Of a stretch of DNA of 20,000 nt, positions 17,456 through 20,000 are shown piece by piece. How positions within the stretch are numbered: position 1 is the first letter of the stretch; each line of letters starts with the position of its first letter. The notes under the pieces were generated by a model, which worked only from the letters and a program-made list of their open reading frames with translations, searched no databases and was not told the origin of the DNA. The position numbers were made by a program, and so were the translations under genes. This DNA is from an uncultured virus (IMG/VR IMGVR_UViG_3300042691_027194) (Duplodnaviria; Heunggongvirae; Uroviricota; Caudoviricetes), in IMG/VR virus record IMGVR_UViG_3300042691_027194; one strand, given 5' to 3'.

Positions 17456-17521
17456 ATGAAAAAACTAGAAAACATCCTAGCAGAAAATATGCGTCGATTT
17501 GGTACTAAGAATCTGCGCGAA
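17456..17521 (+). repeat. Dispersed 66-nt repeat, copy 2 (shared N-terminal leader)
   Basis: 59/66 nt identical to 16606-16671. Confidence 0.95.
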
Positions 17522-17959
17522 GTTGATTTAAATGACTTAGAAAATAAATTAGGATTTGATAGTGGAGCTAACCGCGATCCTAGAACAGGTAACTTGCGAG
17601 TAGATCCTAACAACTTTAAACTTCACATTAACCGTGCTGATTATGATACTAATATTGCTGGTATTGTTAGTTTGACATTTCAAGGTTCCACTCCGGACAC
17701 AAAAGATACATTTCGAGACATCATCAATGACATCAAACAAGATGTTGCCAGTCAAAATGATCCAACTGGTGCATATGATCAAACACGCTTAGTGTCTGAC
17801 ATTGAATTTGATTGTGATTTGAAAGTGGGTTCTGACACAATTAATTTTACAGTAGTATTTGAAGAAGACGGTGATTTAAAAACCGTGGATATTCAGGATG
17901 AAGCATTAGCACAAAAACATGGTATAACTACCGAAACAATATACGATTTTTTATTTTAA
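17456..17959 (+). CDS. Acidic hypothetical protein with shared 22-aa leader, 167 aa
   Basis: Begins MKKLENILAENMRRFGTKNLRE; the remainder is D-rich and looks unrelated to 16606..17448. Confidence 0.75.
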   Translation: MKKLENILAENMRRFGTKNLREVDLNDLENKLGFDSGANRDPRTGNLRVDPNNFKLHINRADYDTNIAGIVSLTFQGSTPDTKDTFRDIINDIKQDVASQNDPTGAYDQTRLVSDIEFDCDLKVGSDTINFTVVFEEDGDLKTVDIQDEALAQKHGITTETIYDFLF

Positions 17960-17977
17960 AAAAATTTAACTAATTAC

Positions 17978-18008
17978 TTTGAATTAACGTTTTAATTACT
18001 TATATTGT
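17978..18008 (+). promoter_or_regulatory. Putative early/host-type promoter TTTG-N19-TATATTGT for SSB-RecA
   Basis: TTTG 17978-17981 and TATATTGT 18001-18008; same spacing as the sites at 13181 and 1971. Confidence 0.5.
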
Positions 18009-18054
18009 AATTATATTTTTATATTTTATTAACTAATTAACAAAGGAAAGACTT

Positions 18055-18831
18055 ATGGCACTTAACTTAGATGCAATTAAGGCGAAACTAAATCAGTTGA
18101 ACAAATCTGATGACAAAAAACAAAATTTGTGGAAACCTGAAGCAGGTAAAACTAGAATCCGAATCGTACCTTATGTACATCGCAAAGACAATCCGTTCTT
18201 GGAATTGTATTTTCACTACGATATCGGTAAGCGTTCAATGCTATCTCCAATCACTTTCGGAAACGCAGATCCAATTGTTGAATTTTCTGACAAGCTCAAG
18301 AAAACAGGCGACAAAGATGAATGGATCATGGGTCGTAAAATCGAGCCTAAAATGAGAACTTATGTTCCTGTTATCGTGCGAGGAAAAGAGTCAGAAGGAG
18401 TTAAGTTTTGGGGCTTTGGAAAACAAATCTACACTGAACTTCTTTCTATCATCTCAGATCCAGATTATGGTGACATTACGGATTTGATGAATGGTCGTGA
18501 TATCGATGTAGAATTCACACCAGCAGAAGGTGCTGCATTTCCTAAGACAGCAATTCGTGTTAAGCCAAACACTCAACCTGCAACTGAAGACAAAGCAATT
18601 GCAGAGAAAATCATGAATCAACCGCAAATCACGGATATCTTTCCTGAGCCAACTTATGAAGAATTAGAACAAGCATTAACAGAATGGATGAATCCAGAAA
18701 ATGCAGATTCTGATGTAGCTTCAGATGACGAAGAAGAAACACCAGCAGTTGCACCAGCTAAATCAGCTTCGAAGCCTACGGCGACAAAAGTAGATGATGT
18801 TTCGTCTGCATTCAATGATCTTTTCAATTAA
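18055..18831 (+). CDS. Single-stranded DNA-binding protein (T4 gp32-like), 258 aa
   Basis: LWKPEAGKTRIRIVPY, PFLELYFHY, VKFWGFGKQIY and DITDLMNGRDIDVE motifs, an acidic tail ending AFNDLFN, adjacency to RecA, and SD-like AAAGGA. Confidence 0.85.
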   Translation: MALNLDAIKAKLNQLNKSDDKKQNLWKPEAGKTRIRIVPYVHRKDNPFLELYFHYDIGKRSMLSPITFGNADPIVEFSDKLKKTGDKDEWIMGRKIEPKMRTYVPVIVRGKESEGVKFWGFGKQIYTELLSIISDPDYGDITDLMNGRDIDVEFTPAEGAAFPKTAIRVKPNTQPATEDKAIAEKIMNQPQITDIFPEPTYEELEQALTEWMNPENADSDVASDDEEETPAVAPAKSASKPTATKVDDVSSAFNDLFN

Positions 18832-18841
18832 GGAGTTATAA

Positions 18842-20000
18842 ATGGCAAAGAGTAAAAGCAAACTAGAACTGGAAGATGCGTTAGCAAACACCTTAGCAGA
18901 TAGCATTAACAAGCAATTCAAAGGTCAAGCATTAAAAACTGCATTCTTCCTGGATGGCGATGACGACGCACCAAGCAATGTTAAAGATTGGATTTCGTCA
19001 GGTTGCGATTCACTCGATTTGGCAATTTCAAACCGACCGAACGGAGGCTTCCCAGTAGGTCGGATAACTGAAATTACCGGGCTAGAAGCATCAGGAAAAT
19101 CATTGTTAGCATCACACGCATTAGCAGAAACTCAGAAGAAAGGTGGATTGGCAGTGTATATTGATACAGAGTCAGCTACTAGCACAGAGTTTTTACAAGC
19201 AATTGGTTGTGATTTAAAAACAATGCTGTATGTTCCATTAGAGACTATCGAAGAGATTTTCGAAACCATTGAGACAATTGTAGAAGGTGTTCGCAAATCC
19301 AACAAAGATCGTTTAGTTACGATTGTAGTGGATTCAGTAATGGGTGCTTCCACAAAAATTGAAATGGCAGCCGAATACGACAAGGATGGTTATGCAACTA
19401 GCAAATCAATCATTTTATCAAAAGCAATGCGTAAGGTTACTAACTGGATTGCTCGAGAAAATATTTGTTTGATTTTCACCAATCAGTTGAGAACTAAATT
19501 AGGTGTTTCATTTGGAGATGCTTGGACCACATCAGGTGGTAAAGCTATTCCATTCCATGCATCAGTTAGATTGCGACTAAAGAACACCGGAATGATCAAA
19601 GCAAAGATTAACGGAGTAGAACAAGTAGTTGGAAGTAAAACTGAAGTGCAGGTTGTGAAGAATCGTATGGGACCACCACACCGCAAAGTGAATTATGATA
19701 TCTATTATGATTCAGGAATTGACAATTATGGTGGTTGGTTAGAAATCATGAAGAAGTTTGATTTGGTTAAACAGGCCGGAGCACATTACACGTTAGAAGA
19801 CGTTGATGCTGATACAGGTGAAGTGTTTGGCGAAATTAAATTTCAATCAAAAAACTTTGTTGAGAAAGTAATCGAAAACAAAGAAGTACGAGATCGATTG
19901 TATAACAGAATCTGTGATGCATACATTTTCAAATACCAAGCAGGTATTGATGGCGGAATTGATGATGTGATAATTGATGAAACAGTTATAGACGAAGAAG
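18842..20000 (+). CDS. recA: RecA/UvsX-like recombinase, 3' end outside the window (absent from the ORF track)
   Basis: My translation from ATG 18842 (after AAGGAG): ...LDLAISNRPNGGFPVGRITEITGLEASGKS (Walker A), AVYIDTE, IVVDSV (Walker B), LIFTNQLR, TTSGGKAIPFHASVRL, VVKNRMGPP. The frame is open to the window end. Confidence 0.95.
   Translation, partial: MAKSKSKLELEDALANTLADSINKQFKGQALKTAFFLDGDDDAPSNVKDWISSGCDSLDLAISNRPNGGFPVGRITEITGLEASGKSLLASHALAETQKKGGLAVYIDTESATSTEFLQAIGCDLKTMLYVPLETIEEIFETIETIVEGVRKSNKDRLVTIVVDSVMGASTKIEMAAEYDKDGYATSKSIILSKAMRKVTNWIARENICLIFTNQLRTKLGVSFGDAWTTSGGKAIPFHASVRLRLKNTGMIKAKINGVEQVVGSKTEVQVVKNRMGPPHRKVNYDIYYDSGIDNYGGWLEIMKKFDLVKQAGAHYTLEDVDADTGEVFGEIKFQSKNFVEKVIENKEVRDRLYNRICDAYIFKYQAGIDGGIDDVIIDETVIDEE

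Noticed and set aside
16606..17521. 66-nt repeat pair as DGR TR/VR, att sites or mobile element ends
   Set aside because: Differences are almost all at synonymous third positions and are not A-specific, both copies begin exactly at start codons, and no integrase, transposase or RT is present.
110..19686. Minus-strand and nested alternative-frame ORFs in the track (for example 5724..6242, 7975..8316, 10753..11076, 12795..13106, 110..367, 18110..18355)
   Set aside because: All overlap well-supported + strand genes almost entirely, show no recognisable motifs, and are expected shadow ORFs.
1..20000. Stop-codon reassignment as seen in some large phages
   Set aside because: Genes are full length under the standard code, and both TAG (4804, 6502, 10083) and TGA (1975, 10394, 14538, 16162) act as stops at sensible gene boundaries.
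1..20000. tRNA, rRNA or other structured RNA genes
   Set aside because: Intergenic gaps are all under 100 nt and contain only terminators and promoter-like motifs; no cloverleaf was seen.

Overview
A gene-dense, AT-rich segment of a large lytic myovirus-type (T4-like tail) bacteriophage genome. All credible genes are on the + strand and use the standard genetic code. Order: 3' part of a SHAEG-repeat (YadA-head-like) fibre/adhesin gene; two small ORFs; a contractile tail module (sheath, tube, gp26-like chaperone plus an overlapping +1-frame ORF, tape measure, baseplate/LysM/hub proteins); a very compact, non-canonical family A DNA polymerase; a PD-(D/E)xK-like protein; a hypothetical; three ORFs with short leader-like N-termini (two share a near-identical 22-aa leader); a gp32-like SSB; and RecA running off the right edge. 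Two promoter-like motifs are visible: ATATTTAT(A) upstream of seven structural or leader-bearing genes (putative late promoter), and TT(T/G)G-N19-TAT(A/T)(T/A)T upstream of the polymerase, the SSB/RecA pair and one small ORF (resembles the Bacteroidota -33/-7 promoter). Most interesting: a putative leader-addressed virion cargo cassette (with an annexin-like protein and a nearby nuclease-like protein), a thumb-less PolA with altered catalytic motifs, and a candidate +1 programmed frameshift in the tail chaperone. All product calls come from motif recognition by eye; no database searches were run.
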